Shown: positions 1 through 9,225 of the stretch, one piece after another | Layout of the letters: each line of letters opens with the position of its first letter | Position numbering within the stretch: position 1 is the first letter of the stretch | Assembly (NCBI GenBank): GCA_023416415.1 | Contig: JAEZHR010000356.1 | Span: 1 to 32,891, forward strand | DNA: 32,891 nucleotides | Direction of reading: 5' to 3' | Origin: Pseudomonadota bacterium | GTDB taxonomy: Bacteria; Pseudomonadota; Gammaproteobacteria; Burkholderiales; Burkholderiaceae_D | Notes under the pieces: generated by a model | The model's database searches: none | The model's input: the letters and a program-made list of their open reading frames with translations, nothing else | What the model was told of the DNA's origin: nothing | Made by a program: the position numbers and the translations under genes

Positions 1-824
1 GGGTTAGTCAGCACCACGCAGCCATCTGACGACAGTGGCGGACGGCTGTAACTGTCCGAGGGCGTACCGTGCAGCCAGATGCCGGAGCCGCCGCGACCGT
101 GCAATTTGTCCCATTCGTTGGGATAGTTGATCGGCAAGGCACCCGGGCCGTACATGTCGGGCAGGCGCGCTCCCGGCACGTGGCCGGTGATGTAATACAC
201 GCCGACCGGTGTGCGCTGGTCGCCTTCGCGCAGCTTGTGCACGCCGTACTTTCCCTGGCTGACGTAGTAATCCCTCACGAATTTCAGCGTTCCCTTGCGA
301 TTCTCGTACACGAACAGGCGTGAGCGGCTGGCGTCGACCAGCAGCACATGCGTCTGGTCGTCGCGCAGGCGCAACACGGCGCGCGGCAACTGGCTCGGGT
401 CCGGACGTTCGGTCAGGAAGCGCAGGCGCACAGCCGCTTCGGCACGCAGGGATTCGAGCTTGTCCTTCGGACCGTCGGTCGGACCCAGGCTCTTGACCGG
501 ACGCGTCTGCATCATGAGCAGATCGCCTCGGATCAGATGTCCGAGGTGGAAAGTGGGATAGGCACTGACCAGCCGGTCAGCCTTCTCCAGGGCAGACCGG
601 AGTCCTTTCGCGCCGAGTTCCTTGTACACCTCGATGAGCATCACCTCTGCATCGGGCTGTGCATCGGCCGGTGCCACGAGTGCAGGCTGGCGCGCCCTGC
701 TTTCCTGCGCCGAAGCGGGCGCGCAGGAAACCATGCCCGCAAGACAGAAGAGGAAAAAAGCGCCTACGGGGGCGAAACGCCCGAAGGCGGATCGCGCACC
801 GGCATCGATACGATCAAGCAACAT
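1..824 (-). CDS. L,D-transpeptidase (YkuD) family protein, Csd6/Pgp2-like; 3' end runs off the window
   Basis: Not in the ORF track because it has no stop inside the window. Manual translation from ATG 824 gives MLLDRIDAG...FFLFCLAGMVSCAPASAQE (signal-like). The same frame ends GSGIWLHGTPSDSYSRPPLSSDGCVVLTN, the YkuD H...SxGC catalytic motif. The start overlaps the upstream stop (TGATG). Confidence 0.9.
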   Translation of the reverse strand, partial: MLLDRIDAGARSAFGRFAPVGAFFLFCLAGMVSCAPASAQESRARQPALVAPADAQPDAEVMLIEVYKELGAKGLRSALEKADRLVSAYPTFHLGHLIRGDLLMMQTRPVKSLGPTDGPKDKLESLRAEAAVRLRFLTERPDPSQLPRAVLRLRDDQTHVLLVDASRSRLFVYENRKGTLKFVRDYYVSQGKYGVHKLREGDQRTPVGVYYITGHVPGARLPDMYGPGALPINYPNEWDKLHGRGGSGIWLHGTPSDSYSRPPLSSDGCVVLTN

Positions 825-1909
825 CAGCTACCCGATGTCTCCTGGCTGATCAGCCACTTGCCACCCTGCTTCCGGAACACGAGGGTCTTGCGGGTATTGA
901 GATTCAGATTGCCCGAGGAATACAGCTGGAGAAAGCGAACAGTGGCGGTATCGCCATTAATGCTCACTTGGGGCGACTCCACCTTGACGCTGATCTTGCG
1001 ACCAACGATCCGGTTCCGCCGTTCGTTCTCCCATGCGCGGCGCGCCTGACCCGGCGGGCTGAACTCGGGGCGATATGCCGCGAGATAGGACTTGAAGTCT
1101 TCCTCGCTCCACGCCCGCGCCCACGCATGCAACGCTTTCAGTACCTCATCGCGCGCATTGTCGACCGGAGCCGGGTCCACCTTCGGTGCCGGTTTGACTT
1201 CAGCTTTCGTATCGAGCTTGGCTTCAGGCTTCGGTTCGGGCTTCGGTTCGGGCTTTGGCTGCACCTTCGGCTCCGCCTGCGCCAGCACTTCGGGCGCCCG
1301 TTCGGGCTTCGCCTCCGGCTTCGCACGTGCGGCGCCGGACTCGGCACGGGTAGCCGGGGCGGCAGATGCAACGGCCGTCGTGCCGTCTGCAACCAGCGAA
1401 CGCACGAGAGTCAGCTTGGATTTCGCGGTCGTGTTGCCGGAGTCGAGCTGCAGTGCCTTGTCGTAAGCCTGGCTGGCGAGTTTGGCATGCACATCGCCCA
1501 GATTCTCATAGGCCGTGGCGTAGCTCGGATTGGTGCGGATTGCGGAATCCAGAGCGCTGCGCGCCTTTTCGAATTGGCCGGCGGCCGCATACAGCACGGC
1601 GAGGTTGTTGTAGGGCTCGGGCAGGTGCGGATACTCTTCTGTCAACTTGGTGAAGACGGCAATGGCCTCGCCGGACTTGTTCTGTTCGGTGAGGATGACA
1701 CCTTTCATGAAACGCATCTGCACGTCGCGCGGATTCTTCGAAAGCGCCGCGTTGACACGCGAAAGCGCCTCCGCGTACTGGCCTCCGCGCATCAGTTTCG
1801 TGACGTCGGCTGCATCGTCGGCCAAGGTGGGTGCGGCATGCAGGGAGGCCAGCAGTCCGGCTACCAACGCCGCACGGCGAAAGGCAGTGCGCAGGAAGGA
1901 AGTTTTCAT
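824..1909 (-). CDS. Exported tetratricopeptide-repeat protein with a Pro/Lys/Glu linker and a C-terminal NTF2/SnoaL-like (Csd6 C-terminal-like) domain
   Basis: Signal peptide MKTSFLR...AAPTLA, TPR motifs (PEPYNNLAVLYA, AYENLGDVHAKLA) and a PKPEPKPE linker. The C-terminal WARAWSEEDFKSYLAAY...KTLVFRKQGGKWLISQE is typical of the NTF2-like fold. Start placed at the internal ATG 1909. Confidence 0.85.
   Translation of the reverse strand: MKTSFLRTAFRRAALVAGLLASLHAAPTLADDAADVTKLMRGGQYAEALSRVNAALSKNPRDVQMRFMKGVILTEQNKSGEAIAVFTKLTEEYPHLPEPYNNLAVLYAAAGQFEKARSALDSAIRTNPSYATAYENLGDVHAKLASQAYDKALQLDSGNTTAKSKLTLVRSLVADGTTAVASAAPATRAESGAARAKPEAKPERAPEVLAQAEPKVQPKPEPKPEPKPEAKLDTKAEVKPAPKVDPAPVDNARDEVLKALHAWARAWSEEDFKSYLAAYRPEFSPPGQARRAWENERRNRIVGRKISVKVESPQVSINGDTATVRFLQLYSSGNLNLNTRKTLVFRKQGGKWLISQETSGS
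1227..1262. repeat. 12-bp tandem repeat (GGCTTCGGTTCG x2 plus a degenerate copy) encoding the PKPE linker
   Basis: Directly visible; in frame within the TPR gene. Confidence 0.7.
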
Positions 1910-2053
1910 GCAACGCAGAGTCGTGTCATCGATTGAAAGTGCAGGGGCAATCGAAACCGGCGCCCCCTGCTTGATGGAAAAACCGAAGCATTCTACCTGC
2001 TGAGCGGGCAAGATGCCATTTCGAGCGGAGTGCAATGCCCCCTTGAAGCTAGG

Positions 2054-5000
2054 CTATCTGGCGTTGTCCGGAATGGACAAGCGATAGGACAGTTGCAGGC
2101 CCGACGCAGGCTCGATAGCGGGCGCGAACGCCGGCTCCTGAACCGAAACCGGAGCCGGAGCCGATGCAATCACGGTCGCACTCGGGCTCGGCAGCGACGC
2201 AACAGGAGGCGTGTCGAACCCCAGCAGGGCTGCACCGGCACCCGCAGCGAATGTCGTGCCTGCCAACAGGATCGCAGCCGCACGCGAGACGACGGCACGC
2301 GGGGCGATCTTTGGCGGGGCCTCGGCCAATACCGTCCGGGCACGCTCATTCCATTCCTGGGCGGCGGCATCACGTGCCCGCAACCCCTCCAGCAGCTCGC
2401 GCGCGGTTGCCCGCGCACGCGCTTCTTCCGCCTCGATCTGCTGCTTCAGTTCAATCGCCTTGCGCGCCGCCTTCTGTTTACGCTCGCTGGTACGCCGTCG
2501 CAGTTCTGCCGCGGCCTGCTCGGCTTTGGCACGCTCATGTTCGGCCCTGATGGCCTCAACCTGCGCCCGCTCCGCGGCTTCGCGCGCAGCCAGACGCGCG
2601 GCCTGCTCGATCTGGCGCTCCTGTTCTGCGCGCTCTTCCGCCTCGGCCGCAGCTTGTTTTTCGGCAACCAGTCGCGCCTCCACGGCTTGACGTTCGGCAC
2701 GTTCAGCCTCGGCACGCTCGCGCATGGCCTGCGCCTCTTCGGCTTCAGCCTTTGCACGCGCTTCGGCTTCGGCGCATGCGACCTGTTCGGCAGCGCGCTT
2801 TTCCTGCAGCGCAGCCAGAGCCTGTTGCTCGGCCTCGGCGCGTGCCTGCTCCAGCCGCACCAACGCCTCATCCTCGCGCACCCGGGCTTCTGCTGCCGCG
2901 GCCGCTTCCCGTGCAAGCGCGGCATGCCGTTCGGCCTGTTCGCGCTGCGCCTTCTCGGCCCTGAGCTGGATTTCGGCAGCAGTGCGCGCGACCTGTTCTG
3001 CCTGCTCACGCGCCTGCGCTGCACGCGCCAGCTCGGCTTCGGCCGCAGCCCGCGCTGCCGCTTGCTCACTTGCGGCCTGCTCGGCCGCCCGTCGGGCGCT
3101 GACAAATTGCAACGCCTGCTCTTCAGCTTGTGCTCGCTCCTGCTCGGACGCGGCCAGCAAGGCCGCTTCGCTGGCCTGCTGCTCGGCCGCAGCAGCGGCG
3201 GCCTGCGCCAGCCTGGCCTTTTCCTCGGCGAGCAATGCTTGTTCGCGCTCTGCAGCGCACCGGACTTCAGCCGCGCGGCGAGCTTCCAGTTCGTGTTCGG
3301 CCCGCCGGCGCAACAGTTCAGCCCGCTCCTGCTCGGCCTGGGCGCGCCTTCGCGCCTGTTCGCAGGCAGCCTGTTCGGTCAGCAAGCGCTCTTGCTCGGC
3401 GCGCGCAGCCAGCTGTTCGGCTTCCATGCGCTCTCGCTGGACGCGTGCGGCTTCGGCGGTCGCACGGGCGCGTGCCAGCGCTGCCTGTGCTTCCTGACGC
3501 TTCAGGGCGGCCTCGGCTTCGGCCTGCTCGGCGGTGATACGCGCTGCCCGCGCTTCAGCGCTGCGCGCTGCGGTCAGCTCGCGTACGGCCTGCTCCTGCG
3601 CGCGCAAGGCGGCGGCCTGCTCGGCGTCGGCTCGAGCCTGGGCCTCGGCTTGCGCCTTCGCTGCGCGTTCGGCGTTCAGCTTTTCGCGCGCAGCCTGCAG
3701 GGCCTGCTGCGCGGCAACGGCGCGCTCGGCTTCGGCCTGTGCCTTCTGGCGCATGGCCTCCAGCGCCTGCTGTTCGACTTGTGCGCGCTCACGCTCCAGA
3801 CGTGCCAGCCGCACCGCTTCACGCGCCGTTGCCACCGCCGTATCAGCAGCCTCGGTCTGCGCCTGGGCAGCGGCCAGTGCTTCGATAACTGCCAGGCGCG
3901 CAGCCTTGCATTGGTCTTCCAAGGCCATGCGCTCGGCCTGCTCGGCCTGCTCTTGAAGGCGCAGCAATTCGGTTTGCGCCTGCTCCGCCTTTGCACGGGC
4001 TTGCGCCTCGGCCAACATTGCCTCTTCAGCGCGCAACTTTTCCTGCAAGGCGGCCAATGCCTTCTGTTCGGATTCGGCGCGGCACCGTTCAAGGCGCGCG
4101 TGCTCGGTCGCTTCCTGTGCCTTCCGCGCGGCCAGTTCGGCCGCCATGCGCTGTGCCTCGGCCTGCTCGGCCGCACGCTCGCAGGCCTGGCGTTCGGCTT
4201 CGGCTTCTTCGGCTGCCATGCGCGCCGTTTCACGCTCGATCTCGACGCGCTGTTCGGCCAGGGTACGGGCGCGCCGTTCCTCGTCGCTGCGCTGGCGGGT
4301 CGCCTCGGCAATGCGCTGCTCGACCTGCGCACGCTCATGCTGCTCCCCAATCAGCCTCTGCTCCGCCGCCACGCGTTCGCGCAAATGCAGCTCCGCCTCC
4401 TGTTCCGCCTGCACACGGCTCAACGCAGTTTCCTGCAGCTCCCGCTCAATGCGGATACGTGCTTCGGTGGCGGCGCGAATGCGTTCTTCTGCCTCGCGCC
4501 TAGCCTCTGCTGCGGCTGCGGCAGTCGATTCGGTCTGTTCCCGGCGCGCCGCAGCCGCGCGCATCTCGGCTTCGGCCTGCATGCGCAGGCGCAGTGCTTG
4601 GGCAGCCTTGCTTTCAAGTTCCGTGCGTGCACGCGCCGCGGCTTCGACCTCTTGCTCCGTCAGCGCACGCACACGCGCCTCCTCGCTGGCCCGAATTTCG
4701 GCCGGTGTACGCTCCAGCGATGCACGCAGGGCAGCCGCCTCCGAGCGCTCGCGTTCGCGGGTCACTCTCAGCGCCTCGGCTTCGGCCTGCGCGCGCGCCT
4801 CGGCGGCCAAGCGCGCTTGATGTTCACGCAGCTCGTGCTCGCGCGCCAGTTCCGCAACGCGCGCTTCGGCCCGGGCACGTGCCGCCGCTTCCTGACGCGC
4901 AGCCTCGACCGAAGCGACGCGCTCGGCGGCATGGTGCCGAGCAATTTCGGTGTCCAGCGCAATTTCCTGGGCAGCCGTGGCCGCACGTGCAGCAAGCTCG

Positions 5001-5467
5001 GTTTCGGTTGCGATCTGTTCGGCGAGGCGTGCGCGGGCAGCGGTTTCCGCGCGCGCACGTTCTTCGGCGACCCGCATTGCCTGCGCTTCGGCTTCCGTAC
5101 GTGCCTGCAGCGCGGCGATTTCCTTGCGTGCAGCACTGGCATGCGCCTCAGCAGTTTCGCGCGCGCGACGCTCGGCCTCCATGCGCTCACGGCTGGCGGC
5201 AATGGCTTGTTCGGCGGCCCTGGCCCGCTCATAGGCTTCGGCAGCTGCAGCGGCTTCCAGACGCGCACGCTCCTCGGCCAGTGAGCGTGCCCGCGCTTCG
5301 GCGTGCGCGCGATTCTCGGCGGCGACGGTAGCCTTGGCCTCTGCTTCCACGCGGGCGATGGCCTCCCGGATCGCCTTCAGGTCGATCGCGGCAGCCTGCG
5401 ATGCCTCACCTTCCGGCTGAGGCATCGCGCGCGTTTTCTGCTCCTGAGTCGCCTGCTTGGTATCCAT
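2054..5467 (-). CDS. Giant Ala/Glu/Arg-rich coiled-coil protein (1137 aa) with a C-terminal transmembrane helix and Pro-rich tail
   Basis: GGGAG RBS before ATG 5467. About 1000 residues almost free of Pro/Gly with 14-aa periodicity, then the hydrophobic segment AAAILLAGTTFAAGAGAALLGF near the C-terminus. Confidence 0.85.
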   Translation of the reverse strand: MDTKQATQEQKTRAMPQPEGEASQAAAIDLKAIREAIARVEAEAKATVAAENRAHAEARARSLAEERARLEAAAAAEAYERARAAEQAIAASRERMEAERRARETAEAHASAARKEIAALQARTEAEAQAMRVAEERARAETAARARLAEQIATETELAARAATAAQEIALDTEIARHHAAERVASVEAARQEAAARARAEARVAELAREHELREHQARLAAEARAQAEAEALRVTRERERSEAAALRASLERTPAEIRASEEARVRALTEQEVEAAARARTELESKAAQALRLRMQAEAEMRAAAARREQTESTAAAAAEARREAEERIRAATEARIRIERELQETALSRVQAEQEAELHLRERVAAEQRLIGEQHERAQVEQRIAEATRQRSDEERRARTLAEQRVEIERETARMAAEEAEAERQACERAAEQAEAQRMAAELAARKAQEATEHARLERCRAESEQKALAALQEKLRAEEAMLAEAQARAKAEQAQTELLRLQEQAEQAERMALEDQCKAARLAVIEALAAAQAQTEAADTAVATAREAVRLARLERERAQVEQQALEAMRQKAQAEAERAVAAQQALQAAREKLNAERAAKAQAEAQARADAEQAAALRAQEQAVRELTAARSAEARAARITAEQAEAEAALKRQEAQAALARARATAEAARVQRERMEAEQLAARAEQERLLTEQAACEQARRRAQAEQERAELLRRRAEHELEARRAAEVRCAAEREQALLAEEKARLAQAAAAAAEQQASEAALLAASEQERAQAEEQALQFVSARRAAEQAASEQAAARAAAEAELARAAQAREQAEQVARTAAEIQLRAEKAQREQAERHAALAREAAAAAEARVREDEALVRLEQARAEAEQQALAALQEKRAAEQVACAEAEARAKAEAEEAQAMRERAEAERAERQAVEARLVAEKQAAAEAEERAEQERQIEQAARLAAREAAERAQVEAIRAEHERAKAEQAAAELRRRTSERKQKAARKAIELKQQIEAEEARARATARELLEGLRARDAAAQEWNERARTVLAEAPPKIAPRAVVSRAAAILLAGTTFAAGAGAALLGFDTPPVASLPSPSATVIASAPAPVSVQEPAFAPAIEPASGLQLSYRLSIPDNAR

Positions 5468-5646
5468 CGAAACTCCCGCTGAGTGGGCTGAGCCCTGATT
5501 TGTTGCCTGGCATTATCAGGCCGGCAACGCCCCGACAAGGCCTCGAACAAATGGCTAATTCAACGGCAATTCGCTGCTTCTCCACGTTGACTTATTGAAG
5601 TTTCAACAATTACAGTGAGACTTTCCGTAGCTTGGGTCCGGCATCC

Positions 5647-6399
5647 ATGTCCTGCGATTTTTCCGCCTGCCGCGTACTGATCGTTGACGACAACCCGTTG
5701 AACCGGGAAGTCGCGCTCCACCTGCTGGCAAGCCTTGGCTGCAAGGCGCAGGCCGTATCCGACGGAAGGCAGGCCCTGGCAGCCCATGCGGATCGCCACT
5801 TCGACCTGATCCTGATGGACTGCGCGATGCCGGGCCTGGATGGGTTCGAAACGACGCGCCGGCTGCGCGCGGGAGAAGCGCCGAGGCGAAGCATGGTAGT
5901 GGCGCTGACGGCGCGCGCCGACGCCGAGCAGGAAGCGCTTTGCCGCGCTGCAGGAATGAATGGGATGCTGGCCAAGCCCTTGCGTCTGTCTGCTTTGCAA
6001 GAAGTCCTTGCCTCTTGTCTCGCGCTCACCGGCATCGCACCTGCGATGCCTTCCGACCTGCCGGCTGAGGACCAGATCGAAGCCGTGCGCGATGTGTTCG
6101 GCCAGGATTTTCCCGGCCTTGCCCGGCTTTACCTGCGCGACGGGGGGCCGCGTATGGCGGGAATGCGCCAGGCATGCTGCAGTTGCGAGGCGGTGCAGCT
6201 TGCCCGACTTGCGCATCTGCTCGGCGGCAGCAGCACGTCCATCGGAGCAAACGGCCTAGGCGAATGGTGCCGACGGCTCGAGGCGGCTGCAGCGACCGAA
6301 TCGTGGGAGGACGCAATGACACTGCTGGCAGCCATCGAAAGTGAATTCGACCGCGTGTGCGCCAAGCTGCACGCCTTGCTCGCTGCGCATCCGAGCTGA
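5647..6399 (+). CDS. Response regulator receiver domain fused to an Hpt domain
   Basis: VLIVDDN...FDLILMDCAMPGLDG...ALTA...LAKP receiver motifs; C-terminal LAHLLGGSSTSIGA Hpt His motif. Confidence 0.88.
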   Translation: MSCDFSACRVLIVDDNPLNREVALHLLASLGCKAQAVSDGRQALAAHADRHFDLILMDCAMPGLDGFETTRRLRAGEAPRRSMVVALTARADAEQEALCRAAGMNGMLAKPLRLSALQEVLASCLALTGIAPAMPSDLPAEDQIEAVRDVFGQDFPGLARLYLRDGGPRMAGMRQACCSCEAVQLARLAHLLGGSSTSIGANGLGEWCRRLEAAAATESWEDAMTLLAAIESEFDRVCAKLHALLAAHPS

Positions 6400-6799
6400 G
6401 CCGCGCCCACCCTACGCTCCCCGCTCGCCCCCACATCCGACCAGACCCGCACATCCAGCATCGCCTGCTCGCAGCCGTCCGGCATGGACGATTGAATGGG
6501 ATAGATGTCGATGCGCCACTGTGTACCGTACGCGCAGGCGGGCGCAGCCGATGCAAGGCCATCACGATCGTATCCACGACGAACGCCACGTCCGGCTTCA
6601 CGATCAGAAGCGCGCCGGACTCTGGCCGCATCGGGCAAGACACTTGCCGCGACGCGACGGACCTTCGTTGGAAACCGGCGACCGTCAGCACCGGAAGTCC
6701 ATCCCCGCCCGTATCGCCTCAGACCCTCTTCCATGCCCGCCACCGCAATGACTCCGGATGCGCGGGATTCTTCCTTCCTTCGCAGTTCGCGTTGCGACT

Positions 6800-8146
6800 T
6801 CAGTGCTGGAATGGATATAGGCCCGGCATGTCGAGAATGCTCGTCAGCTCGGCGAGCGCGCTTCTCACCTCGTCGATCAGCGACGGGTCCGCCAGATCTT
6901 CCGGCGCCAGGCGGTCGCGGTAATGGCGAACGACCCAGGCGGTGAGCCGTGCATAAAGGTCATCGCTCAGAATCACGCCCTGATGCATGGCCTGCGCTTG
7001 TTCATCGGTGAGCACGACGCGCAGGCGCAGGCAGGCCGGACCACCGCCATTGCGCATGCTTTGGCGCAGATCGAAGCGGATCAGCTCGGCGATCGGGTTG
7101 TCGTCGGCGAGCAGCCTTTCGAGGCAACGGGCAGCTGCCGGCACCTCGTCGCATTCCTGCGGAACCACCAGGGCCATGCGACCATCCGCACGCGTGAGCA
7201 GCTGACTGTTGAACAGGTAACTGCGCACTGCCTCGTCCAGCGTGAGCTCGGCTGCGCTTACACGCAGCGGAAGGAGTTCAGCCCCGACCTGCTCCAAGGC
7301 GCAGCGCAAAGCATCGAGTGCTCCGCCTTCGTCGATGAAGGCCAGCTCGTGATAAAGCAGTACCGGTTCGTTGCTGACTGCAATGACGTCGTTATGAAAC
7401 ACGCCGGCGTCAATGGTTTGCGGCGCCTGCTGAATGAATAGAGTGTGGCGCGGATTCAGCCCATGCAGACGCGCAACCGCCTGGCTGGCCTCAAGTGTCT
7501 GGCGTGCCGGGAAGCGGCTCGGTGCCGGCGCGTCCGGATCGAATTCGACGCGCCCGAAGACGAAGGCTTCAACGCCCGCACTGCCATGCGCTGCGCACAG
7601 GCGCATGCCATTGGCAGCGCCTTCATCGCTGAAGGCCGGCACGCCGGGCAGCGCATCGTGAATGGCAAAGCAGCGTTCGTCGGCGAACACCGCACGCAGG
7701 ATGCGCGCGGTCTGAACGTGCTCGTGCGAACGGTGCAACTTGTTGTTGAGATTGGCGACGGTGAAGTGCAAGCGGCCGTCGGCCGTGTCCGCAGAAGGAC
7801 TGACCGTGGCAGCATTCGCCGTCCACATGGGCGCGGCTGACCAGGCGCTGGCGAGGATGGCCGGCGCCTCCCGTCGGGCTGCGGCCAGTACGTCTGCGTC
7901 GGTGCCGGAAAATCCCGCCGCGCGCAACAGCGCGAGATTGGGTCGTTCCTGCGGCGGCAGCAGGGCCTGCGCGAAGCCGCGCCGCGCCAGTGCATGCATC
8001 TTTGCCAGGCCCTGCAGCGCAGCCCCGCGCGGACTCGATACGAGCCGGCTATTGCCGAGCGAGGCAACGTTGCCGAACGACAGGCCCGCATAGTTATGGG
8101 TCGGACCGACCAGGCCGTCGAAATTGAATTCCCTTGCGCGCGTCAT
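6800..8146 (-). CDS. astB: N-succinylarginine dihydrolase
   Basis: [29 protein letters not shown] and [15 protein letters not shown] signatures. GAAGGA RBS favours ATG 8146 (alternative 8155). Confidence 0.96.
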   Translation of the reverse strand: MTRAREFNFDGLVGPTHNYAGLSFGNVASLGNSRLVSSPRGAALQGLAKMHALARRGFAQALLPPQERPNLALLRAAGFSGTDADVLAAARREAPAILASAWSAAPMWTANAATVSPSADTADGRLHFTVANLNNKLHRSHEHVQTARILRAVFADERCFAIHDALPGVPAFSDEGAANGMRLCAAHGSAGVEAFVFGRVEFDPDAPAPSRFPARQTLEASQAVARLHGLNPRHTLFIQQAPQTIDAGVFHNDVIAVSNEPVLLYHELAFIDEGGALDALRCALEQVGAELLPLRVSAAELTLDEAVRSYLFNSQLLTRADGRMALVVPQECDEVPAAARCLERLLADDNPIAELIRFDLRQSMRNGGGPACLRLRVVLTDEQAQAMHQGVILSDDLYARLTAWVVRHYRDRLAPEDLADPSLIDEVRSALAELTSILDMPGLYPFQH

Positions 8147-8179
8147 GACGGCCATCCTTCAGGCGCATCGGGCAAATAT

Positions 8180-9217
8180 CTAACCATGGCTGAGCTTCCT
8201 CGGAGAGAGTGGCATCGTGCGCACCGGGCTGCCGGCCGGGCAATGCAGCGCATCTTGCTGGCCAAGCGTCAGGTCGATGCGGCCGCAGTTCGTATCTGCA
8301 TATGCGACGATGATGCGGAAATCGTGCAGATGCGTGCTCGCGACCATGACCGGAGGCAGCTCGGGCACAAGCTCGAAGCCCGCATCGACGAAGGCCAGTT
8401 CGCTTTCGCGCATGGCGCGCAGTTCCGACACGCGTGCCTGCAGCACCGGACCTGCATCGAAGATGTCGACGTAGCCCTCGTAGTACATGCCTTCCTGCTC
8501 CAGCAGATGGCGCGCCGGCTGAGTGTCCGGGTGCACGCGGCCAATCACCTGTTGTGCCTCGACAGGCAGGTAATCGACGTACAGCGGATGGCGCGGCATG
8601 AGCTCGGCGATGAAGGACTTCTGGCCGAGGCTGGTGAGGTCATCGGCATGATCAAAGTCCATCTGGAAAAAATGGCTGCCGAGGCTGTCCCAGAAAGGCG
8701 ATCGCCCATTCGCATCCTGATAGCCGCGCATCTCCGCGATCAGTCGCGTCGAGAACAGCTGCGGGAACTGGGCGATGAACATGAAGCGACATTTCGACAG
8801 CAATCTGCCATTGGTGCCATGACGGTAGTCCGGGTGCAGGAAGAGCGAACACAGTTCGGCACAATCAGTCAGATCGTTCGAGAGGTAGAGCGTGTCCAGG
8901 CGGGAGTACACGCCCAGCGCCTTGCTGGAATGCACCAGCGTTCCGATGCGATAGTTGTAGAACGGCTGGTCCAGACCAACCGAACCCTTGATCGCACATG
9001 CCCCTACGATCCGGCCTGTTCCCGCGTCCTCCATCACGAACACGTAGTCGCGCAGTTTGGGCTCGATCGCGCCTGCAAATGAGGCGCATGCGAGCTCGAC
9101 GCGCTGGCCGAGCGCCTTGCGGTCGGGCTTGAGCGTGGTCATGCCCGAGCCGACCAGGCGTGCCAGCGCCAGCAAACCCTCCAGGTCCCGCTCGTTGATC
9201 GCACGTACCAGCAGCAT
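8180..9217 (-). CDS. astA: Arginine N-succinyltransferase, catalytic (beta/AruG-type) subunit
   Basis: ELCSLFLHPDYR, IAEMRG, SPFWDSLG, FIAELMPRHPLY, VHPDT and YVDIFDAGP motifs; GAGGGA RBS. Confidence 0.93.
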   Translation of the reverse strand: MLLVRAINERDLEGLLALARLVGSGMTTLKPDRKALGQRVELACASFAGAIEPKLRDYVFVMEDAGTGRIVGACAIKGSVGLDQPFYNYRIGTLVHSSKALGVYSRLDTLYLSNDLTDCAELCSLFLHPDYRHGTNGRLLSKCRFMFIAQFPQLFSTRLIAEMRGYQDANGRSPFWDSLGSHFFQMDFDHADDLTSLGQKSFIAELMPRHPLYVDYLPVEAQQVIGRVHPDTQPARHLLEQEGMYYEGYVDIFDAGPVLQARVSELRAMRESELAFVDAGFELVPELPPVMVASTHLHDFRIIVAYADTNCGRIDLTLGQQDALHCPAGSPVRTMPLSPRKLSHG

Positions 9218-9225
9218 CACTTCCC

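Noticed and set aside
2030..5284. 1084-aa plus-strand ORF antisense to the coiled-coil gene
   Set aside because: Shadow frame. Ala/Glu/Arg/Gln codons rarely create stops on the reverse strand, and its Leu/Gly/Phe/Arg composition simply mirrors the real gene.
5468..5646. TTGAAGTTTCAA palindrome and TTGACT in the divergent promoter region
   Set aside because: Short, with spacing that does not match FNR or another known operator; could be chance in AT-rich promoter DNA.
6400..6799. 400-bp gap after astB, examined for an astE remnant or other gene
   Set aside because: No AstE motifs or other recognisable protein in any frame. It could be decayed coding DNA, but this cannot be supported without blastx.
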